Below are positions 1 through 9,078 of a stretch of DNA of 64,000 nt, one piece after another (the stretch's first letter is position 1; the number at the start of each line of letters is the position of its first letter). The notes beneath the pieces are model-generated. The model did not search any database, was not told the DNA's origin, and saw only the letters and a program-made list of their open reading frames with translations. The stretch spans positions 33,812 to 97,811 of the forward strand of contig CAYSAY010000002.1 in the NCBI GenBank assembly GCA_964429215.1, given 5' to 3'. The stretch is from an uncultured Gammaproteobacteria bacterium (GTDB taxonomy: Bacteria > Patescibacteriota > Microgenomatia > UBA8517). The position numbers and the translations under genes are program-made.

Positions 1-315
1 TTTTTCAAATAAACTTAAATCTAATTTACCTTCTTTGAATGCTAAGCCGAGATTTTTAGGAAATACTGAATTGATATCAGCTAATACAGTTTTACCAATA
101 TATTTTTCAAGAGGAATATTATCAATTGTTGTTCCTTTATCATCCATGTGTGCAAATGCATCTGCATGAGTTCCTATATGTGTTGACATTTGTAAATATC
201 GAAGTCTCCATCCTTCTTTATCTAAATTATGAATTTGTTTGATGTTAACTTCTGGATCTCCAGGATAAACTGGCATTTTATCAAAAAGAGGTTGTGATAA
301 ATCAATAATTTGCAT
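1..315 (-). CDS. cyclase family protein (kynurenine formamidase-like), C-terminus beyond window start
   Basis: Manual rc translation from ATG at 313-315: MQIIDLSQPLFDKMPVYPGD...STHIGTHADAFAHM, matching the HxGTHxDxPxH cyclase motif. Open to position 1. Not in ORF track because it is partial. Confidence 0.55.
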   Translation of the reverse strand, partial: MQIIDLSQPLFDKMPVYPGDPEVNIKQIHNLDKEGWRLRYLQMSTHIGTHADAFAHMDDKGTTIDNIPLEKYIGKTVLADINSVFPKNLGLAFKEGKLDLSLFEK

Positions 316-338
316 TGAGTTATTTTAACACAAAAAAC

Positions 339-623
339 TTAACCTTTTCCTGAAGTAAATACACTCCTAAAACCTTTTGCCCACTTTTCTAAAGCATCAC
401 CAAAACCGGCAACAATTTGATCAGCTTGTTCAACTGCGTCATCTTCTGCGCCAACAGGTAACTCACCATGATTTTGACTTTCTAATTTTTCGAGAATTCC
501 ATCATAGATAGCCATGCCGGTTTGTAATGCAAGGCTTTCTTTTTCAGTTAAAAACTGTGTTGCAACTTGGTCTGACAAAACTACTTTACCAGTAATCTCT
601 CGTCTGTCGTTATCTTTCTTCAT
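339..623 (-). CDS. small hypothetical protein (~94 aa); the ORF-track N-terminal extension to 872 is probably spurious
   Basis: Internal Met (MKKDNDRREITGKVV...) at 621-623 starts where AT-rich coding composition begins. Upstream of that, the ORF runs over the GC-rich palindromic non-coding island. Confidence 0.4.
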   Translation of the reverse strand: MKKDNDRREITGKVVLSDQVATQFLTEKESLALQTGMAIYDGILEKLESQNHGELPVGAEDDAVEQADQIVAGFGDALEKWAKGFRSVFTSGKG

Positions 624-639
624 ACTATGGGTGATATTA

Positions 640-1250
640 TACCAGCCAATTATTCTGCATTCAACCTTTAGTGATGCATTCTTCCTGCCATACACATTGG
701 CCAAAGGCCAACACCCCTGTAAGCTTTGGGGTGTTTTGTGTTGGGCAGGATCCCTGTAAAGGGATATTTCAGTAGCAATGGTTTTGTTGTTTTGGTGTTC
801 TAACCAAGTGCTTTGCCAAAGGCACTTTTGGAGTTGTTTTCTAGCACTTGGGTAGTTGCCCTGAAAGGGCAAATTGCGACTGAAATGTCATATTTTGTCC
901 GTACGGCTAGCCGTTAACCGTCCAGCGGACGGTAACACGGACAAAAGGCCGTAAATACGGCCAGTTAACGGAGTCGATGGAGCTTCTTCCTGACACCGTT
1001 AACTACCCGTCAGGCGCTCGCAAGCGACTGACTATAAAACCCCTTTTCCTTTTGGCGTATTGCGACCGAGCGAAGCGAGGGAGCAAGAAGACAAGCAATG
1101 CGTTAAGCGAAGCCACGAAGTGGCTGAGCGAGGAAACCCGAGCTCCGCAACAATTCCTTCCCCTTTGACCCCTCCCTTGTTGCTCCGCTAAAACTTCAGA
1201 AATTTGTGGTAAAATAAGTTCGAGCGGAATCGTAAACGCTCACATAAAAA
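640..1250. ncRNA. GC-rich, hairpin-dense non-coding island; candidate large structured RNA of unknown family
   Basis: Many perfect stems with GNRA/UAA-type loops: ccugcc...ggcagg, acacccc-N-ggggugu, uugcccu-gaaa-agggcaa, ccgucc-agc-ggacgg, ggccgua-aa-uacggcc, gccacgaaguggc. GTTAAC occurs three times. GC is clearly higher than flanking DNA. No credible protein; only short ORFs on both strands. Confidence 0.3.
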
Positions 1251-1251
1251 T

Positions 1252-1902
1252 ATGGCAGAAAAAGAAAAAATATCAAACACAGGCACTATAATTATAGTGA
1301 CAGGACGAACGGGGTGTGGAAAAGATTTTTTGGTCGACGAATTAGAAAAAATGGCTTTGAGTGAGTTAGGTTTGAGCCGTGTTGTAACACACGCAACACG
1401 TCAACCCAGAGTTGGCGAAATTAATCATACCCATTATCACTTTTGTAGTGATTTGGACTTAAATGCAATGCATTCAAACAATGAGTTAGTTGAAACGCCT
1501 GTTATTACTGGTTCTTCACGTAAAGCTACATCCAAAAAAGAATTACTTCAGGTACTGGAAGGTAAACATAAAATTTGGAGAATTGATTTATCTTTAGCTG
1601 CAAAAATAGCAAGTGGCGAGTATTATCACAATCAATTTGATAGCCAAACAGCTGATATTCTAGCAAGTTCTACTGTTGTAATTTATATAGATGTTGAGCA
1701 AGAAATATTAAATAGTCGAAGACAAAGTAGAGATAAAGAAAAATATGACCCCAATGAATACGCAGAAAGAGATGCTCAAGAATTGGACATAATCAATTTG
1801 CACGGTCATCATTTTAGTACTCGGATTTTAAATCCTGATGGTAAAATTGATGAAACGAAACAGAATTTATATAATTTGGTTAGTGAATTTATAAACAACT
1901 GA
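1252..1902 (+). CDS. guanylate kinase-like P-loop kinase
   Basis: Walker A GRTGCGKD, and THATRQPRVGEINHTHYHF resembles the guanylate kinase TTRxPRxGExxGxxYxF motif. Confidence 0.55.
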   Translation: MAEKEKISNTGTIIIVTGRTGCGKDFLVDELEKMALSELGLSRVVTHATRQPRVGEINHTHYHFCSDLDLNAMHSNNELVETPVITGSSRKATSKKELLQVLEGKHKIWRIDLSLAAKIASGEYYHNQFDSQTADILASSTVVIYIDVEQEILNSRRQSRDKEKYDPNEYAERDAQELDIINLHGHHFSTRILNPDGKIDETKQNLYNLVSEFINN

Positions 1903-1906
1903 CATC

Positions 1907-2416
1907 ATGTTAACTTTAGAAAATATCAATTTAGCACAAAGAATAGTAAGTTTAATTGCGCTTTTACTTTTGTCTATTCAAATAAGTTCAAATACTAACA
2001 AAAAGCTATTTACTTTTTTTATGTATTTATTTGTTCTTATCCAACCATTTTTAATCATCTTGGCTCGATATATATTTAACAGTGATTTAGATCCTTTTTA
2101 CATGTTTACTGATCTTTGTGTTCTTTGTGGAAACAAAGCTGAATTTACAGTCAACTTCTTAAGAATTGCCTTTTACAGTGTATCCGTTGCTGTTTTTGTC
2201 CCACTAATTAAAAACTACGATAAGTTCTTGAAAAAATATTGGAAATATTCAGAAGTATTTTATTACGTAGGTTTTTATGCACTTTCAATTTATGTATTTA
2301 ATTCAAGCCCACTAATTAAATCAAATATGTTTTTACTTTACTTCTGGGGATTACAAGTATTCGTATTAGCTAAAATGATCGAAAAAATTAAGCGATCTTT
2401 TCAACCTCTCGTTTAA
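1907..2416 (+). CDS. hypothetical polytopic membrane protein
   Basis: 169 aa, several hydrophobic segments, no recognisable motif. Confidence 0.45.
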   Translation: MLTLENINLAQRIVSLIALLLLSIQISSNTNKKLFTFFMYLFVLIQPFLIILARYIFNSDLDPFYMFTDLCVLCGNKAEFTVNFLRIAFYSVSVAVFVPLIKNYDKFLKKYWKYSEVFYYVGFYALSIYVFNSSPLIKSNMFLLYFWGLQVFVLAKMIEKIKRSFQPLV

Positions 2417-2597
2417 TTGGGGTAATTTTACCTGTTTCTCGGTATTCCTTTTGCAAATCTGCAATATCTTTTGCGTATTTTTGACCTACAATAACTTGAT
2501 AAGGTGGAACAATACCTTCTACTATTGTATCTTGAGCAGACTTGCCAATCCCCATTCCAGGAAAAACTCTTGATGGTTTAGCTTGTGTTATTGTCAT
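2388..2597 (-). CDS. small hypothetical protein
   Basis: 69 aa ORF ending in TAA; no motif recognised. Confidence 0.3.
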   Translation of the reverse strand: MTITQAKPSRVFPGMGIGKSAQDTIVEGIVPPYQVIVGQKYAKDIADLQKEYRETGKITPIKREVEKIA

Positions 2598-2609
2598 AAT
2601 AGTATTATA

Positions 2610-4160
2610 TCAATCCTTTTCAAACTTTTGCAAATATTTTCTTAAAAACTCCCTCCAGTCATGATGGTCATCGTCATCGTGACCTTCATCATGCTTATTT
2701 TTGTTACCTATATTTATTTTGTAAGTGTCAGTATCTCTTCCGCTTAATTTACCTGAATACTTTTCTGTTTCCACTTTTCCATTTAAGTCATATATAAAAC
2801 TATCCAAATTATACTTTCCTTTAAGTCCTGTTATTTTTAATTTATATTTACCATTTGCAGGTTTTTCAAAAAGTAATATTTTTACAGGATTGCCTGATTT
2901 GATAGAAGGGTTTGTTAAGCTATTAATTGGTTCTTCAACAAAAACTTGAGTTGGGGCAAGTAAACCGTTTGATGTATATAATTCTAAGTTAAACTGCGGT
3001 TCAATTACAAACATCATATATGAAAGATCAGAGTGGGTTGGTGTAAAAGTATTTATGGCAAGAAAATTATTTCCATATGGAGTTAAGTCATTACGGCTTG
3101 CATATCCAGGGTCATTAATAGTATAAGTTTCGCCAATTTTTCCTGTGGCTACAATAAAATGTCCAGGCTCTTTTAAAATTGCTGGTCTATTATTATTTAA
3201 TTCATTGTCAAGATTTGCAGTTGTTGCATCTAGCCTTTTATATTCAAGTGTTGGAGTTAATAAAGTATCGTGTTGCTTTGTATACCTACTTACTGCAAGC
3301 TAATTAATAAGTCCATTTCTAATGTATCCATCCTTTTGGTTTTTAAGCCAAGTGTTAAGTGTATCGGGCATAACGTTGTGTCCGTGGTATCTCAAAACCA
3401 TAACAGCGGAAGTTAGAGCGCAACCAAATTCATGAATAGTGTTATTAGTAAACCCATATATTTTATTTTTCCACGGTTCACTATATTGTTTTAAACTCGG
3501 AACAGTTAAAAATGGACTAGCTGATGGTATTGCAGACGCAGTCGGTGAGGGAGAAGGCGAAGGCGACGGCGATGGACTTGGGGATGAGGAAGGCGAAGGA
3601 CTCGGTGTTGGGCTAGGTGATGCTGTGGGTGTAGGAGTTGGAGTGATTGTGGGTGCTATAGTTGGCGTTGTAGTCGGTGTTGGAATATCTCCTGTTCGTA
3701 TGCAATCTGTCCATGTAGCTTCATCAGGAGTTGTTCCAGGAATTACACCATACATAATTCTAATTGAGTCATAAGTTGGTGGAGTATCAAAATCAAGTCC
3801 ATATGTTCCATTTGGTAAAACGTGGTAAGTTCCTAGTGGAATTTCGTTACTCCAATAATGACCTGTTCCGCTGTTTTGTTTGCATGCAAGTGATCCATTT
3901 CCGTTTTGGTCTGCACAAAACGGATCAGAAAAGTTATTCCACGGTATTCCCAAATCAGGCGAACTGACATTTGTAATTAAAGATTGACCGTTAGCACGTA
4001 AATATTGAACAACTGCTAATTTATCAACATCTGTTGTTATGGCAAAATCAAGTCGATTGCTGTTAATTGTTGCTTCGTAAGTACAAGTGGATGCAAAGGT
4101 CGATGAAGGAAATACTGCATATAAAATGAGTATCAAAATCAATGTAATTTTGTATCTCAT
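2610..4160 (-). pseudogene. secreted C39-like cysteine peptidase with Pro/Ser/Thr linker, interrupted by one in-frame TAG at 3300-3302
   Basis: ORFs 3300..4160 and 2610..3017 are in the same frame. The 94 codons between them (3018-3299) contain no stop; checked codon by codon. Signal peptide MRYKITLILILILYAVF, a (P/S/T)n linker, catalytic Cys in GCALTSAVMVLRY before the TAG and His in GHFIVATG after it. Context NGLIN-TAG-LAV suggests an original TGG (Trp). Confidence 0.6.
3540..3690. repeat. low-complexity GC-rich repeat encoding the (Pro-Ser/Thr)n linker of the peptidase gene
   Basis: ggcgaaggcgacggcgatgg... on the + strand encodes TPTPTPTASPSPTPSPSPSSSPSPSPSPSPSP on the - strand. Confidence 0.5.
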
Positions 4161-4253
4161 AGCAAATCTATTAATTAAGTTTGAAATTTTTTTAAGCTGC
4201 TGTCAATAGTCATTATTGCTAGACTGCAAGCACTTTTATTATGTGGCTATTAA

Positions 4254-5048
4254 ATGTATGATATGAAAATGAAACTAAATATAATTGGAAAACTGATGTA
4301 CTTACACGAAATTGTTTGGAATTATACAGATTGGTATAAATTGTTGATAAATCGATTGCTTCACAATGTTACTACTATTCTTAGGATGAGAAATGGTATT
4401 TTTATCTTAGGAGGAAATAGAAGTTTGATCGTAGATTTAGCCTCCGAGATATTTATTCACGAAGTATATAATCCAAAAGAGATGAAAATAAATCCAGGGG
4501 ATTTAGTTATTGATATCGGTGCAAATATTGGGGTATTTGGACTATATGCATCTAAAAACTTAGCCTCTATGGTATACGAGATTGAACCATTGGTTGAAAA
4601 TATACCTATAATTAAATCAAATTTTGAGAAGAATAATTTCAAAAATCTAAAAATTCTGAATGTTGCTGTTTCAGACAAAGATGGTTCAGACAAACTATTT
4701 ACTGCAGATTTAGATTCACATGGTCTACTTTTTGATCATAACGTCCAAGGAGGTTTAACTAAATTTAAAATCGTTAAAACAATGACTTTGGAAACCATAA
4801 TTAAAAAAAATAAAATAAATCATATTAATTTTTTAAAAATGGACTGCGAAGGAAGTGAGGGAAATATTTTTAAATCCACCAAATCAAAGACATGGAAAAT
4901 GATTGATAAGGTTGCAATTGAGTATCATGATAACGTGTCGGTTTTGAATCACCAAAATATAGTTAGTAAGCTGACTTCAAATGGGTACAAAACAAGGATT
5001 GTAGAAAACGATAATTTTTTTGGATATATATATGCATGGAGAAATTAG
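4254..5048 (+). CDS. FkbM family methyltransferase
   Basis: VIDIGANIGVFGLYAS motif typical of Methyltransf_21/FkbM; 264 aa. Confidence 0.65.
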   Translation: MYDMKMKLNIIGKLMYLHEIVWNYTDWYKLLINRLLHNVTTILRMRNGIFILGGNRSLIVDLASEIFIHEVYNPKEMKINPGDLVIDIGANIGVFGLYASKNLASMVYEIEPLVENIPIIKSNFEKNNFKNLKILNVAVSDKDGSDKLFTADLDSHGLLFDHNVQGGLTKFKIVKTMTLETIIKKNKINHINFLKMDCEGSEGNIFKSTKSKTWKMIDKVAIEYHDNVSVLNHQNIVSKLTSNGYKTRIVENDNFFGYIYAWRN

Positions 5049-5051
5049 ATT

Positions 5052-5801
5052 GTGAATTTTACTATGAACAGAAATAGAGATTTTTATAATGGTTTTCATA
5101 AATCCTCAACACTCCAAACGAAATTGATTTCTGATAACAATTTCACTTATGAAACAACACTAAAAGTTTTTAATAAACACATAAAATCATCAGATACTGT
5201 TTTGGATGTGGGATGCGGAATTGGTGTTATAAGTTTATATTATGGAAATAAATGTAAATCTGTACATGGAATTGATATTTCTGACAAGGCAATTACATTT
5301 GCAAATGAAAGTGCAAAAAAACTTAAACTTAACCAAAAGATAAAATTTGAAGTTGTTGATTTTCCAAACAAATACTTAGCAAAGAAGTTTGACAAAGTTA
5401 TTTTTTCTGAAACTTTGGAACATATTGAAAATGAAGATTTGGCTCTTCAGTCAATTTCTAAAATGTTGAATAAAAATGGTAATCTGGTTGTTACTGTCCC
5501 ATCTGTCAATTCATTTATCTATAGAATAGGCTTAGCGAAGAAGTTTGATAAAGAAGTGGGGCATTTAAGAAGATACACAGTCGATTTTTTAAAGTCAAGA
5601 TTAGAAAAGAATGGTTTTAAAGTTTTAAAAATTTATAAAAGAGAAGGACTTGTTAGAAATATTCTATTTTTTATAAAACCATTTGGATTTTTAATAAAGT
5701 TTATGAAAGGTTTTATTGGTAAATTTGTTATTTGGTTAGATTCACAAACAATTAAACTTGTTGGGGAATCTCAAATTATAATTGTTGCTACTAAAAAATA
5801 A
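5052..5801 (+). CDS. class I SAM-dependent methyltransferase
   Basis: Motif I VLDVGCGIGVISL, motif post-I DKVIFSETLEH, LVVTVP; 249 aa. Confidence 0.65.
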   Translation: MNFTMNRNRDFYNGFHKSSTLQTKLISDNNFTYETTLKVFNKHIKSSDTVLDVGCGIGVISLYYGNKCKSVHGIDISDKAITFANESAKKLKLNQKIKFEVVDFPNKYLAKKFDKVIFSETLEHIENEDLALQSISKMLNKNGNLVVTVPSVNSFIYRIGLAKKFDKEVGHLRRYTVDFLKSRLEKNGFKVLKIYKREGLVRNILFFIKPFGFLIKFMKGFIGKFVIWLDSQTIKLVGESQIIIVATKK

Positions 5802-5803
5802 TT

Positions 5804-6604
5804 ATGAAAATTCTTTTTTTGTCCAAATATCCAACAACACATATAGGAGGGGTGGAGAGGCATGTACGCGAGGTAGGGTCAAGGGTACAGGGTTCAGGGA
5901 ATAGTTTAAAAACAATAACAACTGAAGATATAAATCCACCTAAGATTAAATATTTTGGACTGTTGTATATCTGGTATTGGTTATTTAAAAATCGGGATTT
6001 AATCACAAGGTGTAACCTTGTGCATATACACGATGTTTTTATTTGGTACTTACCATTTAGATTTCTATTTCCAATTAAAAAAGTATATATAACTTTCCAT
6101 GGTTGGGAGGGAAAATTTCCTCCAACACTATGGTCGATTTTCAATAAACGAATTGCAAATAAATTAACAAATGGAAGTATTGCAGTAGGAAAATATATTG
6201 AGAAGTGGTATGGAATTAAGGCAGATTATGTTATTTATGGTGCAGCACAGCCATTAGCTGTTGGTCGTTCGTCATTAGCCAAAGCAAAAAACAATTTAGT
6301 TTTCTTAGGCAGAAAAGATGCAGATACAGGTTATTTTGAATTTTTAGTATGGTTAAAAAGTCGACCAGAGTTGAAAGTTAAATATGTAACTAATGAACCA
6401 AATCCAGAGAAATTTCTTCAAACTGCAGAGTATTGTGTACCCTCCGGATATCTTTCATATTTAGAAGCTAAAAATATGGGTTGTAAAATAATGACCTTTG
6501 CTAATAATCCATTAAAAGTTGATTATTGGAATGAAATTAAGCAACTTAAATCAATTCCAACTTGGGACGCCGTTTCCGATGTCTATTTAAAATTGTGGAA
6601 GTAA
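5804..6604 (+). CDS. compact glycosyltransferase, family 4-like
   Basis: N-terminal GGVERHV and C-terminal YCVPSGYLSYLEAKNMGCKIMT resemble the GT4 PS..EgfglvllEAmA motif. Confidence 0.5.
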   Translation: MKILFLSKYPTTHIGGVERHVREVGSRVQGSGNSLKTITTEDINPPKIKYFGLLYIWYWLFKNRDLITRCNLVHIHDVFIWYLPFRFLFPIKKVYITFHGWEGKFPPTLWSIFNKRIANKLTNGSIAVGKYIEKWYGIKADYVIYGAAQPLAVGRSSLAKAKNNLVFLGRKDADTGYFEFLVWLKSRPELKVKYVTNEPNPEKFLQTAEYCVPSGYLSYLEAKNMGCKIMTFANNPLKVDYWNEIKQLKSIPTWDAVSDVYLKLWK

Positions 6605-6649
6605 ATGTGGTGTTATTCGATAACTAGTAATATAATTCAATTAAATTAA

Positions 6650-7180
6650 ATGAAGAAAGTATTATTTCTACAAAGTTGGTTTTCAAAAGTTACAGATAAT
6701 TGGTATCCATGGCTTGAAACAGAGTTAAAGAAAAAGGGATTCGATACTTATTTTCCCGATATTCCAGAAATGAGAAAAGATGTGCCTGATATGGCTAAAA
6801 TTTTAAAATTTATTGAGTCTTTGAAAGTAATCGATAAGGATACAATTATAATCGGACACAGTCTTGGTAATTTGTTAGCAATGAGATTGGCTGAAAAGTT
6901 TAAATATAAACAAATGGTTTTAGTTTCAGCTTGGGACTATGATGATCTTTGTGAGGGACACGTATTGTTTTGGAAAAATAAAATCAATCATTCCAAGATT
7001 AAAGATCACGTCAAAAATATCACTGTAATTCATTCTGATAACGATCCATATTACACAGCAATTTCTGCAGAGGATACAGCAAAGAGATTAAATGCTAAAT
7101 TAATTATTATTAAAGGTGGTGGACATTTTGGTTCAAAAGAGGGAACAAAAAAGATGCCTGAGATATTAAATCTTTTGTAA
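6650..7180 (+). CDS. serine hydrolase of the YdeN/RBBP9-like alpha/beta-hydrolase family
   Basis: 176 aa with GHSLG nucleophile elbow, a later Asp (HSDNDPY) and His (GGGHF), in the order typical of this family. Confidence 0.55.
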   Translation: MKKVLFLQSWFSKVTDNWYPWLETELKKKGFDTYFPDIPEMRKDVPDMAKILKFIESLKVIDKDTIIIGHSLGNLLAMRLAEKFKYKQMVLVSAWDYDDLCEGHVLFWKNKINHSKIKDHVKNITVIHSDNDPYYTAISAEDTAKRLNAKLIIIKGGGHFGSKEGTKKMPEILNLL

Positions 7181-7189
7181 AACTCTATT

Positions 7190-8173
7190 ATGAAAATAAA
7201 AACAAGTGAACTTCAAAATTTGGTTATGAAAGCCATGACCAAAAAGTATGATGAAGAATATTCATCAAGGATGACAGAACTTGTTATGTTCGGTGAGTTG
7301 TCAGGAAGAGTTTCCCATGGACTAGTTAGATTACTTGTTGGGGGAAATATACTTTTACAAAACCCGATTGGTAAAGCTGAAATAACAAAAGTAACAAAAC
7401 TGTCGTCAATGATTGAAGGAAATGGAAACCCTGGAATGCTGGTTGGTTCGTTAGCATGCGACGAAGTTATTAGAATCGCAAAAGAAAATGATTTTGGGAT
7501 AGTTGGTACTAAAGGTTCGTTCACATCATCAGGTGCATTGACTTATTATCTTGAAAAAATTGCTAAAGAAAATTTAATAGGAATTGTAATGGCAGAATCT
7601 CCAATGAGTACTCCACCAAATGGTGGAATAGAGCCTTTGTTTGGTACTAATCCTATTTCATTTGGTATACCTGCAAACCCTAAACCAGTAATTTTTGATA
7701 TGGGGACAACTGCTATTACTTTTGGTGAACTGCTTAATGCTAAAGCTCTAGGAAAGACAATCCCTGAAGGAGTTGCTCTTGACTCAGCGGGAAATCCTAC
7801 AACTGATCCTGAAAAAGCAATGGAAGGTGCCACTCTTCCATTTGATAAATCATATAAAGGTGCAGGACTTTGTATGATGGTTGAAATACTTGCTGGTACT
7901 TTACCACATTCTGGATATACAGGAATTGACTTAGATAATGGGTGGGGAAGTATGTTTTTGGCATTTTCGCCAAAATTATTGGGTGATGTTGAAGAATTCA
8001 AAAATCGAATGGAAAAAATGATAGATAAAATTAGAAATTCTAAAACAAAAGATGGAAGTAAAGTTAGAATTGTTGGTGAGAAAACATTGGACACAAGAGA
8101 TAAAAATTTAAAATTAGGAGAGATAGAAATTGCTGATAGGATGTATGAATTGTTGGTTGAAGCAATAAAATAG
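7190..8173 (+). CDS. malate/L-lactate dehydrogenase family (Ldh_2) oxidoreductase
   Basis: GELSGRVSHGLVRL (GxxSHGxxR) and overall length/pattern of the Ldh_2 family. Confidence 0.6.
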   Translation: MKIKTSELQNLVMKAMTKKYDEEYSSRMTELVMFGELSGRVSHGLVRLLVGGNILLQNPIGKAEITKVTKLSSMIEGNGNPGMLVGSLACDEVIRIAKENDFGIVGTKGSFTSSGALTYYLEKIAKENLIGIVMAESPMSTPPNGGIEPLFGTNPISFGIPANPKPVIFDMGTTAITFGELLNAKALGKTIPEGVALDSAGNPTTDPEKAMEGATLPFDKSYKGAGLCMMVEILAGTLPHSGYTGIDLDNGWGSMFLAFSPKLLGDVEEFKNRMEKMIDKIRNSKTKDGSKVRIVGEKTLDTRDKNLKLGEIEIADRMYELLVEAIK

Positions 8174-8196
8174 AGTTATTTGATATAATTCTCCAT

Positions 8197-9078
8197 ATGA
8201 CTCCAAGAAAAAATACCTTAAACGTTTCTGTTTGTGTGACGATATTTAATGAAAGCAAAGAAACAGTTAAAAGTCTTCTTGATGCACTAAATTCTCAAAC
8301 TTTAAAACCAGATGAAATTATTATAATTGATGCAAAAGATTATAATAATTGTTCGCGGTCTAAGGGTAGAAATATTGCAATTGGTAAAGCTAGAAATGAA
8401 ATTATTGCCATTACTGATGCGGGGTGTGTACCACACAAGGATTGGCTGACCCGCCTATGTTCAAAATTTCAAATAGGCGAGGCAGGGAAAAATATAGTGG
8501 TTGCGGGCGGTTATAACATGGTTACTAGGAATAATTTTGAAAAAGCCGAGTCAGTATTTTTAGGAGTTATTACTAAAAATATGGATAAAGATTATATGCC
8601 GTCTGCTAGATCAATGGCTTTTACTAAAAGCATATGGAAAAAAGCAGGAGGATTCCCTGAAAAACTTGGAAATACTGCAGAGGATACATTGTTTAATGTG
8701 GAGTTGGTTAAAGCTGGAGCAAAATTTGTGACTGCTAAAAAAGCAGTTGTTGACTGGTATTTGCCAAAGTCGATTAAAGATTTTGCATTAAAGATATATG
8801 GATATGCAAAAGGGGATGCAGAGTCGAAGATTTGGTGGCATCCTGTTAAAAAGTGGAGAACTCATAATTTAAAAATCATGACAGTTTTTGCGCGATATGT
8901 GTTGGGTATTGGATTGTTTTTTGCGAATAGTTACGTCTTCGTACTATACGCTACTCTCTATACGCTATACGCTGCCAGCAAAGCTGGCCTTTGGGGTATT
9001 CCTTTGCAATTTGTTTCTGATTTTGCAGTCATTGCAGGCTTTTTACGAGGTATACTTAAACTATGCGTAAGAATTTGA
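8197..9078 (+). CDS. glycosyltransferase family 2
   Basis: VSVCVTIFNE...IIIIDA..., DAG motif, C-terminal TM helices. Confidence 0.65.
   Translation: MTPRKNTLNVSVCVTIFNESKETVKSLLDALNSQTLKPDEIIIIDAKDYNNCSRSKGRNIAIGKARNEIIAITDAGCVPHKDWLTRLCSKFQIGEAGKNIVVAGGYNMVTRNNFEKAESVFLGVITKNMDKDYMPSARSMAFTKSIWKKAGGFPEKLGNTAEDTLFNVELVKAGAKFVTAKKAVVDWYLPKSIKDFALKIYGYAKGDAESKIWWHPVKKWRTHNLKIMTVFARYVLGIGLFFANSYVFVLYATLYTLYAASKAGLWGIPLQFVSDFAVIAGFLRGILKLCVRI

Noticed and set aside
514-1168. ORFs 514..759 (+), 977..1168 (+) and the N-terminal extension of 339..872 (-)
   Set aside because: They lie inside the GC-rich palindromic island and have no protein-like composition or motifs. The stop-free stretches are best explained by the high GC content.
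640-1250. Assignment of the structured island to RNase P RNA, tmRNA, SRP RNA or group II intron domain V
   Set aside because: I could not find the conserved P4 GGAAAGUCCGG/ACAGAANCCGGCUUA elements, a tag-peptide ORF ending in AA-stop with a tRNA-like 3' end, the SRP GGAAG-type domain IV motif, or a domain V consensus.
3439-3967. ORFs 3439..3774 (+, GEGEGDGDG-rich) and 3764..3967 (+)
   Set aside because: They are antisense to the peptidase gene and are artefacts of the repetitive linker DNA.
4254-5801. FkbM and class I methyltransferase ORFs are in the same frame, separated only by TAG-ATT
   Set aside because: Each is a complete standalone domain with its own plausible start. Same-frame adjacency has a 1-in-3 chance, and TAG clearly terminates other genes.
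7213-8258. ORFs 7213..7524 (-), 7546..8094 (-) and 8064..8258 (-)
   Set aside because: They are antisense to the well-supported Ldh_2 gene. The open frames arise from low-complexity antisense codons.
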